Source of the DNA: Candidatus Falkowbacteria bacterium
GTDB lineage: Bacteria; Patescibacteriota; Patescibacteriia; Patescibacteriales; UBA12075
NCBI GenBank assembly: GCA_043801965.1
Contig: JAZDLN010000011.1
Coordinates: forward strand, 44,511-108,510
Direction of reading: 5' to 3'
Length of the DNA stretch: 64,000 bases
Positions 56,756 through 64,000 of this stretch are shown piece by piece (within the stretch, counting starts at the first letter, position 1; each line of letters opens with the position of its first letter). Under the pieces are notes generated by a model, which saw nothing but the letters and a program-made list of their open reading frames with translations, had not been told where the DNA came from and ran no database searches. The position numbers and the translations under genes were made by a program.

Positions 56756-57220
56756 ATGGCAAAAAATAAAAAACGCGTGGCAATCTTCTCTTTTACCTGC
56801 GACGAAGGTTGTTCAATTTATCTTATAGAAATATTCAACAAAAAACTCGTGGAATGGCTTGCTAAAATGGAACTGGCTTATTTCCTATCCATCAAGGATA
56901 AGGTCGAAATAAAAGATTTCGATATAAGCCTGGTAGAGGGGGTCATTAGCACGGCCAAAGACAGGAAAGAAGTCGAAAAAATCCGGGCCGCGAGCAAAAT
57001 CCTAATCGCCATGGGCTCTTGTGCCGCTACCGGCCAACCGTCCGGGCAGAGAAATCTATTCAATGTCGAACAGGCCGCGGAAATAAAAACCGAACTCGAG
57101 GCGAACGATTATCTGCCTAAATGCCTGTCTATCAAAGAAGCGGTCAGGGTGGATGACGAGGTCCTGGGCTGTCCGATCGACGAAAATAAATTCATCGAAG
57201 TATTCGAAAAATACTTATAA
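56756..57220 (+). CDS. [NiFe] hydrogenase small subunit, minimal (single-cluster) type
   Basis: 154 aa, with four Cys in FTCDEGCS, MGSCAATG and LGCPID contexts, as in group 3 delta / NuoB-like subunits. Confidence 0.7.
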   Translation: MAKNKKRVAIFSFTCDEGCSIYLIEIFNKKLVEWLAKMELAYFLSIKDKVEIKDFDISLVEGVISTAKDRKEVEKIRAASKILIAMGSCAATGQPSGQRNLFNVEQAAEIKTELEANDYLPKCLSIKEAVRVDDEVLGCPIDENKFIEVFEKYL

Positions 57221-57289
57221 TCAATAAAACCGAACTGCCCCTTGAAATATTTTATGATAAAAATATATGTTTATTTTTGCCGATAAAGA

Positions 57290-57422
57290 TTAATTTTCAA
57301 TTATCAATGACCAATTTTCAATTTTCGTGTTTTTCGCTCAATTACATAGTTATGCCGGATAGTAAATCGTTAAAAATTATTAATTTAAAAATTGATTGAA
57401 AATTGTTAAATTGATAATTTGG
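57290..57422. repeat. 7-mer-armed AT-rich palindrome between the two hydrogenase genes
   Basis: aattttc aattatc aatgacc aattttc aattttc ... aaaaatt gattgaa aattgtt aaattga taattt. Confidence 0.7.
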
Positions 57423-57499
57423 AAGTTCATTAAAATACGGATAACATGAAAAAAATATCATGCATTTAAAAAACATATAAAAATCTTCAAATAACTCAT

Positions 57500-58795
57500 A
57501 TGCACACAACAAACTTAAACGTATCAATCAATAAACTTTCCAAGATCGAGGGACACGCCGATCTTGATATAAAGATCAGGGACGGAAAGGTCGAGGATGT
57601 GAGCCTCCGGGTCATGGAGAATAAGCGCTTTTTCAACCAGGCCGTAAAGGGCAAGCCCTACGGCGGCGTTCCCCAGCTCGTATCGCGCATTTGCGGCACC
57701 TGCTCGATAGCGCATCTGACCGCCTGCATCGAGGCGGTGGAAAAAACCCTGAAGATCCGGCCGAGCGCGCAAACCATGCTCATGCGCAAACTGACCATGT
57801 ACTCCCTGATGATCCGCGATCACGCGCTTCATCTTTATTATTTCGTGCTGCCGGACATTTTCGGCGTGGACTCGATCCTCGATCTGGCCGAAAAAGAGAA
57901 AGAGCTCGTGCATCAGTCGCTCCACGTCAAAGAAGCCGGCAATAACCTGTCGAACCTGATCGCCGGCCGGGCCGTTCACGCTCCCTTTGAAGCTGTCGGA
58001 GGCTTCAGCCGGATCCCGGACAAAATGAAATTCCCGGCCATGATAGAAAAGTTAAAAAGCATCCGTCCCTATATCCTGGCTCTGGCGGAGATACTTTATG
58101 CCTGTGATTGGGTACTTAATCGAAAAACCGATTTCGTGGCCATAAAAACCCCGGATTTTTCCTTTCTGGAGGGCTTTATCGCTTCATCGAGCGGCGCTTC
58201 GATAAAAGAAGAGGATTATTGGGACCATCTTCATAACGTCGTTTTGCCCTATTCCCAGGCCTCGGGGTTCGAATTCGAGGGTCATCCTTATGTCGTCGGA
58301 TCTTTGGCGCGGGTTAATCTTAATAAGGATAATTTGCACGCGGACACGAAACGCGACATGAAAAAATATCTTGATATTTTCCCGTCAGACAATATCTATC
58401 ACAATAACCTGGCCCAGGCGATCGAGATCATGCATTCGATCGACCATGCCGTCGAAATACTTTCCACGGCGGAATTCAAAGAGGAAAAACCGGCCGAACC
58501 GGAGTCGCTCGACGGCGAAGGCGTCGGCGCGATCGAGGCGCCGCGCGGCACGCTTTATTATTGGCTGGGTATAAGCAGGGGAAAGGTACGATACGCCAAC
58601 CTGGTTATACCGACCGCCCAAAATCTCATAAGCATGCGCGAAGACGTGCGCGACGCGGCCACGAAAATTTTAGCCTGCGAAAAAAACGATAAATCCTGCG
58701 AGGAAAAAATCCGGAAAGAGGTGGAAAAAATCATCCGGGCTTACGACCCCTGCATGTCCTGCGCTTCGCATTTTTTACGGGTTAACTGGGTATAA
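57500..58795 (+). CDS. [NiFe] hydrogenase large subunit (group 3-like)
   Basis: N-terminal RICGTCSIAH (RxCGxCxxxH) and C-terminal DPCMSCASH (DPCxxCxxH) nickel-binding motifs. Confidence 0.88.
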   Translation: MHTTNLNVSINKLSKIEGHADLDIKIRDGKVEDVSLRVMENKRFFNQAVKGKPYGGVPQLVSRICGTCSIAHLTACIEAVEKTLKIRPSAQTMLMRKLTMYSLMIRDHALHLYYFVLPDIFGVDSILDLAEKEKELVHQSLHVKEAGNNLSNLIAGRAVHAPFEAVGGFSRIPDKMKFPAMIEKLKSIRPYILALAEILYACDWVLNRKTDFVAIKTPDFSFLEGFIASSSGASIKEEDYWDHLHNVVLPYSQASGFEFEGHPYVVGSLARVNLNKDNLHADTKRDMKKYLDIFPSDNIYHNNLAQAIEIMHSIDHAVEILSTAEFKEEKPAEPESLDGEGVGAIEAPRGTLYYWLGISRGKVRYANLVIPTAQNLISMREDVRDAATKILACEKNDKSCEEKIRKEVEKIIRAYDPCMSCASHFLRVNWV

Positions 58796-58821
58796 TAATG
58801 AAACATACGACATAAAAATAT

Positions 58822-58851
58822 AAAAAACAGCCTGTATAAAGGCTGTTTTTT
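58822..58851. terminator. bidirectional terminator
   Basis: aaaaaacagcc-tgtataaa-ggctgtttttt. Confidence 0.7.
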
Positions 58852-58869
58852 AAAATAAAATTATTTTAT

Positions 58870-59421
58870 TTATTTTGAATTAAACTTATTTTTTAAATCA
58901 TTGAATTTATCGTTATTAAACTTATAAATGCCCCAAGTTATAACTTCAATATCAAAATCTATTGCGCCTACATTTATCCTGTCTAGTAATTGAATAGGGT
59001 AATCGCTCAAATCGTGGGTTATCAAAAATAAATCCGTGCTATGTTTTTTTAAAAAAGCAACATTCATAGCGTCCACTAAAGATACTTGGCTTTTATTTTT
59101 TATCTGTCCGCAATAATTGTATAGAGGAAACAACTCTTCACAGTTCTGATAAATCTCTGGATTAACCGGAAGATTAAAAAATAATTTATCTAAAAAAAGC
59201 TTTATTTGTTGCCTTTCCGATCCGCATTGGGCGATCCTTATAAATTCATTATATATGAACGGATTAATGCATAAAACGCATTTAACTTCTGAGAATAAAT
59301 CAAATAATCCCCCGTATTTCTCGGGGGAACGTCTAAAAATGCAGGATATAACATTCGTATCAACTAAAATGTGTTTGTGAGCAAGAATCTTTTTCACACA
59401 CAATAAATCTATCGGGATCAT
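58870..59421 (-). CDS. PIN-domain-like protein
   Basis: HILVDTNVIS near the N-terminus. The start is uncertain; a GTG at 59397 is possible. Confidence 0.45.
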   Translation of the reverse strand: MIPIDLLCVKKILAHKHILVDTNVISCIFRRSPEKYGGLFDLFSEVKCVLCINPFIYNEFIRIAQCGSERQQIKLFLDKLFFNLPVNPEIYQNCEELFPLYNYCGQIKNKSQVSLVDAMNVAFLKKHSTDLFLITHDLSDYPIQLLDRINVGAIDFDIEVITWGIYKFNNDKFNDLKNKFNSK

Positions 59422-59515
59422 TTTTTAATAAAATATCCCGCACCCTTTGAACTTCTTTGATAAAAATTTCTTTATCAAAAATTTTGTCTTTTGTTTTATC
59501 TTTAATGTCGTTCAT
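59360..59515 (-). CDS. possible 51-aa lysine-rich ORF overlapping the PIN gene start (antitoxin-like position)
   Basis: Hand translation gives MNDIKDKTKDKIFDKEIFIKEVQRVRDILLKNDPDRFIVCEKDSCSQTHFS. Below the track cutoff. Confidence 0.25.
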   Translation of the reverse strand: MNDIKDKTKDKIFDKEIFIKEVQRVRDILLKNDPDRFIVCEKDSCSQTHFS

Positions 59516-59616
59516 TGTTTTTTAATAAAACTTCTTAAAACTATGTCAAAAATAAATTACCATAGTTTTATTAAAGATAAATAAAATGTATATATTAATA
59601 TGTTATCACTCATGAT

Positions 59617-61257
59617 CTAAAAATGCAAGTTTTTAACCATGTACGTCTCTTTCAGCCGATATCCTAGTTTCCGGTAATAACCGCGCACCCCCACTCCGGC
59701 GATGACCGCCATCTTGCCGTACCCGGCCGCGCGCGCGATCTTTTCGGCTTCGGCCATTAATTTTTTCCCCAATCCGGCATGCTGGATTTTCTTGCCTTTC
59801 CCGACCGGCACCAGCTCACCGTAAACATGAAGCTCCCGCACTAACGCTGAATCATTAATACTATCATATGTTTCGTGTTTCATGTTCTGCGAAGACAGAC
59901 GCAGGCGGCAAAAACCGAGCAGATTATTTCTATCGTCTTTATTTTTTGATATAGCCTGTATAAAACACTCTTGTCCGCCCGAGGCTTCATATTTTATAAT
60001 TTCCAATTTCGGATTTCTAATTTCTAATTTCCCGCCTTTTATTTCACGGCATCGAATACAGTCGCATTTCACCCCCCGTTGTTGCATTACCTGTCGTAAA
60101 TTAGTAGTCAGGTTTCCGGCCACGATCGATTCCCCCGGAATATCCCGGATCAGGCGGATGATGCGCACGTATGACGGAACGATATTTTTGCATTTTATAA
60201 TCAATTCGCGCAAAACTTTGTCGGAATAAGGTTTGTATTTCCCTTGTTTCCACCAGCGGTATAATAAACTCCCCCTGGTAACTACGGTCGGATAGAATTT
60301 TATCTGATCCGGCTGGAAACGTCCGTCGTTGAATAATCGTTTGAACATACGAATGTCCCCGGCGGGAGTGGAGCCCGGCAAACCGGGCATAACGTGATAA
60401 GTGACTTTAAAGCCGAAATCTTTAAGAAGCGCGGTCGCCCGGGCGATCGCCCCTACGCCATGTCCGCGTTTATTAAGCTTAAGTATCTTATCGTCAATGG
60501 CTTGTACTCCCATCTCAACGCGGGTGCATCCCAATTCCCGCATCTCCCGGAGTTCTTTCTCGTCTATATAGTCCGGGCGCGTTTCCAGAGTAATCCCGAT
60601 TATCCTGTACTTGGCGTCTTCATTCTTTATCTGCTCCTTTTTTAGAGCATCTTTTAGTTTATCGATATTTTCGTTACGCGTTTTTCGTTTTGCGTTTTGT
60701 GCTTCATGCTTAATGTTTCCTGTTTCATGGAATTCATTCGCTCCCCGGAAGCATTCTTTGATATACCAGTATTTATATTTTTCCGGCAAGACCGACCAAG
60801 TGCCTCCGATCACGATCAATTCGATCTTGGTCGGTTCATGGCCGTTGGCGACAAGCGCTTTAAGCCGGTCGCGGACCTGAACGTACGGATCGTAGCGGCA
60901 GCGGATCGCCCGCATTACGGCCGGTTCGTTCGATAAATAGCTTTGAGGAACGTTTTTTTCGGTTGGGCAATACGCGCATTTGCCGGGGCATTCGTAAGGC
61001 TCCGTTAAAACCGCCACCGGCGCGATTCCTGATAAAGTCCTTATAGATCGTTTTCGCAACAGTCGCCGAACCTCCGGAAGCGGCTTTAGGCTTAGACTAT
61101 TTAACGCTTTAAGTATCGAAGAATTTTCCAAAATCCCGATATGGTGTTTTTTCGCTAATTTTCTTTTAATCAGCATAAGCTCGTTGCCGTCCTTAATATC
61201 CGAAGACAGGAGCTCTTCAACCGCTTTTAATTCCGTTTTATTTAATTTCATCGTCAT
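59617..61257 (-). CDS. Elp3-like radical SAM + GNAT acetyltransferase
   Basis: Radical SAM CPGKCAYCP cluster motif, TRVEMGVQ, and a C-terminal GNAT QHAGLGKKLMAEAEKIA. 546 aa. Confidence 0.85.
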   Translation of the reverse strand: MTMKLNKTELKAVEELLSSDIKDGNELMLIKRKLAKKHHIGILENSSILKALNSLSLKPLPEVRRLLRKRSIRTLSGIAPVAVLTEPYECPGKCAYCPTEKNVPQSYLSNEPAVMRAIRCRYDPYVQVRDRLKALVANGHEPTKIELIVIGGTWSVLPEKYKYWYIKECFRGANEFHETGNIKHEAQNAKRKTRNENIDKLKDALKKEQIKNEDAKYRIIGITLETRPDYIDEKELREMRELGCTRVEMGVQAIDDKILKLNKRGHGVGAIARATALLKDFGFKVTYHVMPGLPGSTPAGDIRMFKRLFNDGRFQPDQIKFYPTVVTRGSLLYRWWKQGKYKPYSDKVLRELIIKCKNIVPSYVRIIRLIRDIPGESIVAGNLTTNLRQVMQQRGVKCDCIRCREIKGGKLEIRNPKLEIIKYEASGGQECFIQAISKNKDDRNNLLGFCRLRLSSQNMKHETYDSINDSALVRELHVYGELVPVGKGKKIQHAGLGKKLMAEAEKIARAAGYGKMAVIAGVGVRGYYRKLGYRLKETYMVKNLHF

Positions 61258-61329
61258 GTTTTTGTGATATGGTTTTATTTGTGATAAAATATAGGCAGAT
61301 CATGAATTATTAAATTAAAGCATAAAATT

Positions 61330-62499
61330 ATGAAAAACACAAGGATTATCGCGCTTTTCGGTTTCGTCGCGTTATTGTTGATCGCGCCTTTAGCGGTCAG
61401 CGCTTACGCGGTTAAAACCGATAATTCGATCTATATCGGACAGGAGGAAACCATAAACGGAAATCTATATGCCGCCGGCAACTCGATCACTGTTGATGGC
61501 ACGGTAACTGGCGACGTATTTTGCGCCGGCCAAACCGTTAATATAAACGGCAAAGTGGCAGGCGACGTATTTTGCGCCGGTGAAGCCCTTAACATTACCG
61601 GGGAAATCGGAGGAAGCGCCCGGGTGGCCGGAAACGCGGTAAACATAACCGGGACGATAGCGAGGAACGTCCAGGCCTTCGGGGCGACCGTTAACCTGGG
61701 ACCGAATGCTCGGGTAGACTGGGATATGTTCATAGTCGCGGCCATGGGCGATATCCGGGGATATATCGGCCGTGATCTCCATGGCGCGGCCGGCAACGCC
61801 GTAATCGCCGGAAAGGTCGGAGGGGACGTTAAATTGCGGCTTGACGAACGGATCAAAGGGGAAAAATACGGGATAAATTACAGCGGACCAAGGCCCCTTC
61901 GGGTTCTTTCGGGAGCGGAAATCGGCGGCAATCTTTTTTATACGGCCGGCATTAAGGGGGATATTTCGGATAACGCCCGAATCAGCGGCGAAACCGGATA
62001 TAGTTTGCCGAAAAATATAACCGACAAAAAAGACCTGGCCGTGGCCGCGATCTGGAGCAGGATCGTTTTTCTCTTCGCGGCGCTGGTGGTCGGCTTGGTT
62101 CTTATAAGTATCGGGCGCAAACAAATAATAATCTTAACCGACCTGATGCTTAACGAGGCCGGTACGGCGGTCGGATGGGGAATTATAATCTCTTTATTAA
62201 CACCGATCATTTGTCTTATCCTTGTCCTGACTCTTATCGGCATACCCTTGGCGCTTATACTGCTGGTTTTATGGCTGATCGTATTGTATTTGAGCAAGAT
62301 AGTATCGAGTATCGCCATTGGACGGGTTATTATGAAAAAAATCCGGGAGCAGGAAAAAGAATCTTTGATCTGGGCCATGGTTCTGGGCATAGTTTTGGGC
62401 TATTTGGCCTTTTCCCTGCCACTGGCGGGTTGGCTTATTTCCCTGGCGGCAGTCTGGTGGGGATTCGGAAGCCTATGGCTCTATCATAAAAAGGCTTAA
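61330..62499 (+). CDS. bactofilin-like beta-helix repeat protein with C-terminal multi-TM region
   Basis: Signal/anchor, then repeated G(D/N)V...G..VNI.G.(V/I).G units, then 4-5 TM helices. Confidence 0.5.
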   Translation: MKNTRIIALFGFVALLLIAPLAVSAYAVKTDNSIYIGQEETINGNLYAAGNSITVDGTVTGDVFCAGQTVNINGKVAGDVFCAGEALNITGEIGGSARVAGNAVNITGTIARNVQAFGATVNLGPNARVDWDMFIVAAMGDIRGYIGRDLHGAAGNAVIAGKVGGDVKLRLDERIKGEKYGINYSGPRPLRVLSGAEIGGNLFYTAGIKGDISDNARISGETGYSLPKNITDKKDLAVAAIWSRIVFLFAALVVGLVLISIGRKQIIILTDLMLNEAGTAVGWGIIISLLTPIICLILVLTLIGIPLALILLVLWLIVLYLSKIVSSIAIGRVIMKKIREQEKESLIWAMVLGIVLGYLAFSLPLAGWLISLAAVWWGFGSLWLYHKKA

Positions 62500-62513
62500 A
62501 TATATTTCCATAA

Positions 62514-62540
62514 CAGCGGCCGGCTGGCCGCTGTTTTTAT
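62514..62540 (+). terminator. rho-independent terminator
   Basis: acagcggcc-ggct-ggccgctgttttt. Confidence 0.7.
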
Positions 62541-62596
62541 TTGCATTATGGAAATTTTTTGTTAAAATGAATAATAGATAATATTAACTTGAATTT

Positions 62597-64000
62597 ATGA
62601 AAATCAACCCTAATATTTTTCGCGGCTACGACTTAAGGGGCGTGGTCGGCAAAGATCTTAACGCGGAAATAGTCGAGCATATCGGACGCGCCCACGGAAC
62701 CTACATGAAACGCCGCGGGATCACCGAGGCGGTGGTAGGTTATGATTGCCGCGCGACCAGTAAAGAATACGCGGACGCCCTGATACGCGGCTACGCTTAC
62801 GCCGGCATTGATACCGTCAATATCGGCATGAATCTGGTCGGTACTTTCTATTGGGCGCAATATTATTTAAAGAGAAGGGGTGGGGCTTTCGTGACCGCTT
62901 CGCACAATCCGGCGGAATATAACGGTTTTAAATTCGCCATTGATTATTCGGAAACTCTCGTGTCGGACGGCATGAACGAACTTAAACGCATGGTTTTAGA
63001 AGAAGATTACGACCGGGCCGATACTCCCGGCAAAATCGAAGAACGCGATGTCCGTCCGGCCTATTTCGAGGATATCCTCAAGCGTTTGCCGGTAACCGGA
63101 AAATTCAAAGTCGTGATCGATCCCAGCTGCTCCACGGCCGGCGCGATCGCGCCCGATCTTTTAAGAAAAGCCGGGTGCGAGGTAATCGAGAGTAATTGCC
63201 GGATAGATCCAGGCTTTCCTTTGGGAACGCCGGATCCGACCGAGATGGCCGTGGCGGAGAGGCTTCGCGCTAAAGTACTGGAAACGGGAGCTGATATCGG
63301 TTTTTCTTACGACGCGGACGGAGACCGGATCGGGATCGTCGATGACCGGGGCGGTATTATCTGGAATGACGTCCTGGTGGCGCTCTTCGCGATCGACGTC
63401 CTTTACGGGCATCCGGGCGCCAAGATCATGTTTAACACGCTCTGCTCGAAAGCGGTACCGGAAACGATACTTAAATACGGCGGCGAGCCGTTCATGTGGC
63501 GGACCGGGCACTCTTTCCTCAAGAAGAAGAACCAGGAGGTAAAGGCCGCCTTCATCGGTGAATTATCGGGACATTTCTTCTTCTCCGCTGATTTTTATAA
63601 CCACGACGACGGTCTCTATTCGACCCTGAGGCTTTTGCATTACCTGGCCCGGACAAACCAGTCGCTTTCGGAAGCGGTGGGCAACCTGCCGCATTATATT
63701 TCGAGTCCGGAGATCAAAGTCGGCTGCGGTGACGAAGCGAAGGTCGCCTTAATGGATAAAATCGCAGAAAAATTAAAAACAGACTATCCGGACGCGGAAG
63801 TGATCGCGGACGAAAGGGCGGGCGACGGCGTCAGGCTGGACATGCCGGACTCGATGTTTATCATCCGCTATTCGCAGAACGGTCCTTACTTAACGGTAAA
63901 ATTCGAGGCCGAGGACCGCAATAAATACGACAGCCTGAAAGTATATATCAATAAACTCCTGCACGGCTACGCCGAAGTAGACTGGAATTTCGGGGTAAAC
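62597..64000 (+). CDS. phosphomannomutase/phosphoglucomutase family protein (3' end beyond window)
   Basis: ATG at 62597 is open to the window end. Motifs FRGYDLRG, active-site TASHNPAEYNGFK, and metal loop FSYDADGDR. Confidence 0.85.
   Translation, partial: MKINPNIFRGYDLRGVVGKDLNAEIVEHIGRAHGTYMKRRGITEAVVGYDCRATSKEYADALIRGYAYAGIDTVNIGMNLVGTFYWAQYYLKRRGGAFVTASHNPAEYNGFKFAIDYSETLVSDGMNELKRMVLEEDYDRADTPGKIEERDVRPAYFEDILKRLPVTGKFKVVIDPSCSTAGAIAPDLLRKAGCEVIESNCRIDPGFPLGTPDPTEMAVAERLRAKVLETGADIGFSYDADGDRIGIVDDRGGIIWNDVLVALFAIDVLYGHPGAKIMFNTLCSKAVPETILKYGGEPFMWRTGHSFLKKKNQEVKAAFIGELSGHFFFSADFYNHDDGLYSTLRLLHYLARTNQSLSEAVGNLPHYISSPEIKVGCGDEAKVALMDKIAEKLKTDYPDAEVIADERAGDGVRLDMPDSMFIIRYSQNGPYLTVKFEAEDRNKYDSLKVYINKLLHGYAEVDWNFGVN

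Overview
This is a 64-kb bacterial fragment read with the standard genetic code; conserved genes show no in-frame UGA. The backbone is AT-rich, with a few clearly GC-richer genes. All calls come from motif recognition by eye and no database search was possible.

Recognisable content:
- Housekeeping genes: valS 5' end, proABC, glmS, rnc, nusB, rpmF, queA, ruvB, rdgB, pilT and an Elp3-like gene.
- An amino-sugar / sugar-nucleotide gene set.
- A two-gene [NiFe] hydrogenase and a hemerythrin.
- FG-GAP and DUF1566 surface proteins, plus Fic, PIN and DUF559 proteins.
- Three intact tRNAs: Val-GAC, Ile-UAU and Arg-CCG.
- A 23S-5S rRNA unit with no adjacent 16S.

The gene repertoire and the reduced rRNA features suggest a Candidate Phyla Radiation (Parcubacteria-like) genome. 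This placement is inference only.

The most unusual signal is not a gene cluster but a dense population of very small palindromic elements:
1. A ~100-nt GC-rich palindrome family brackets a DUF559 (Vsr-like) endonuclease gene and has dispersed copies elsewhere.
2. 15-40-nt GC mini-hairpins sit nested inside the loops of other hairpins. Hosts include the T- and D-loops of decayed tRNA gene copies and possibly four sites in the 23S gene.
3. Intergenic palindromes have arms made of degenerate tandem 7-mers.
4. Both the GC-rich and the 7-mer kinds also occur in frame inside conserved enzymes (queA, Elp3-like), reminiscent of Rickettsia palindromic elements.

Other notable points:
- A tRNA-Ile(UAU) lies next to a decayed CAU paralog.
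- An aldehyde-dehydrogenase cassette is flanked by a 34-bp duplication of the rdgB 3' end.
- A poly-C(10) tract lies in the promoter spacer of a surface-protein gene.
- The L1-stalk region of the 23S is truncated.
- An iteron-like 11-bp repeat array lies upstream of fic.
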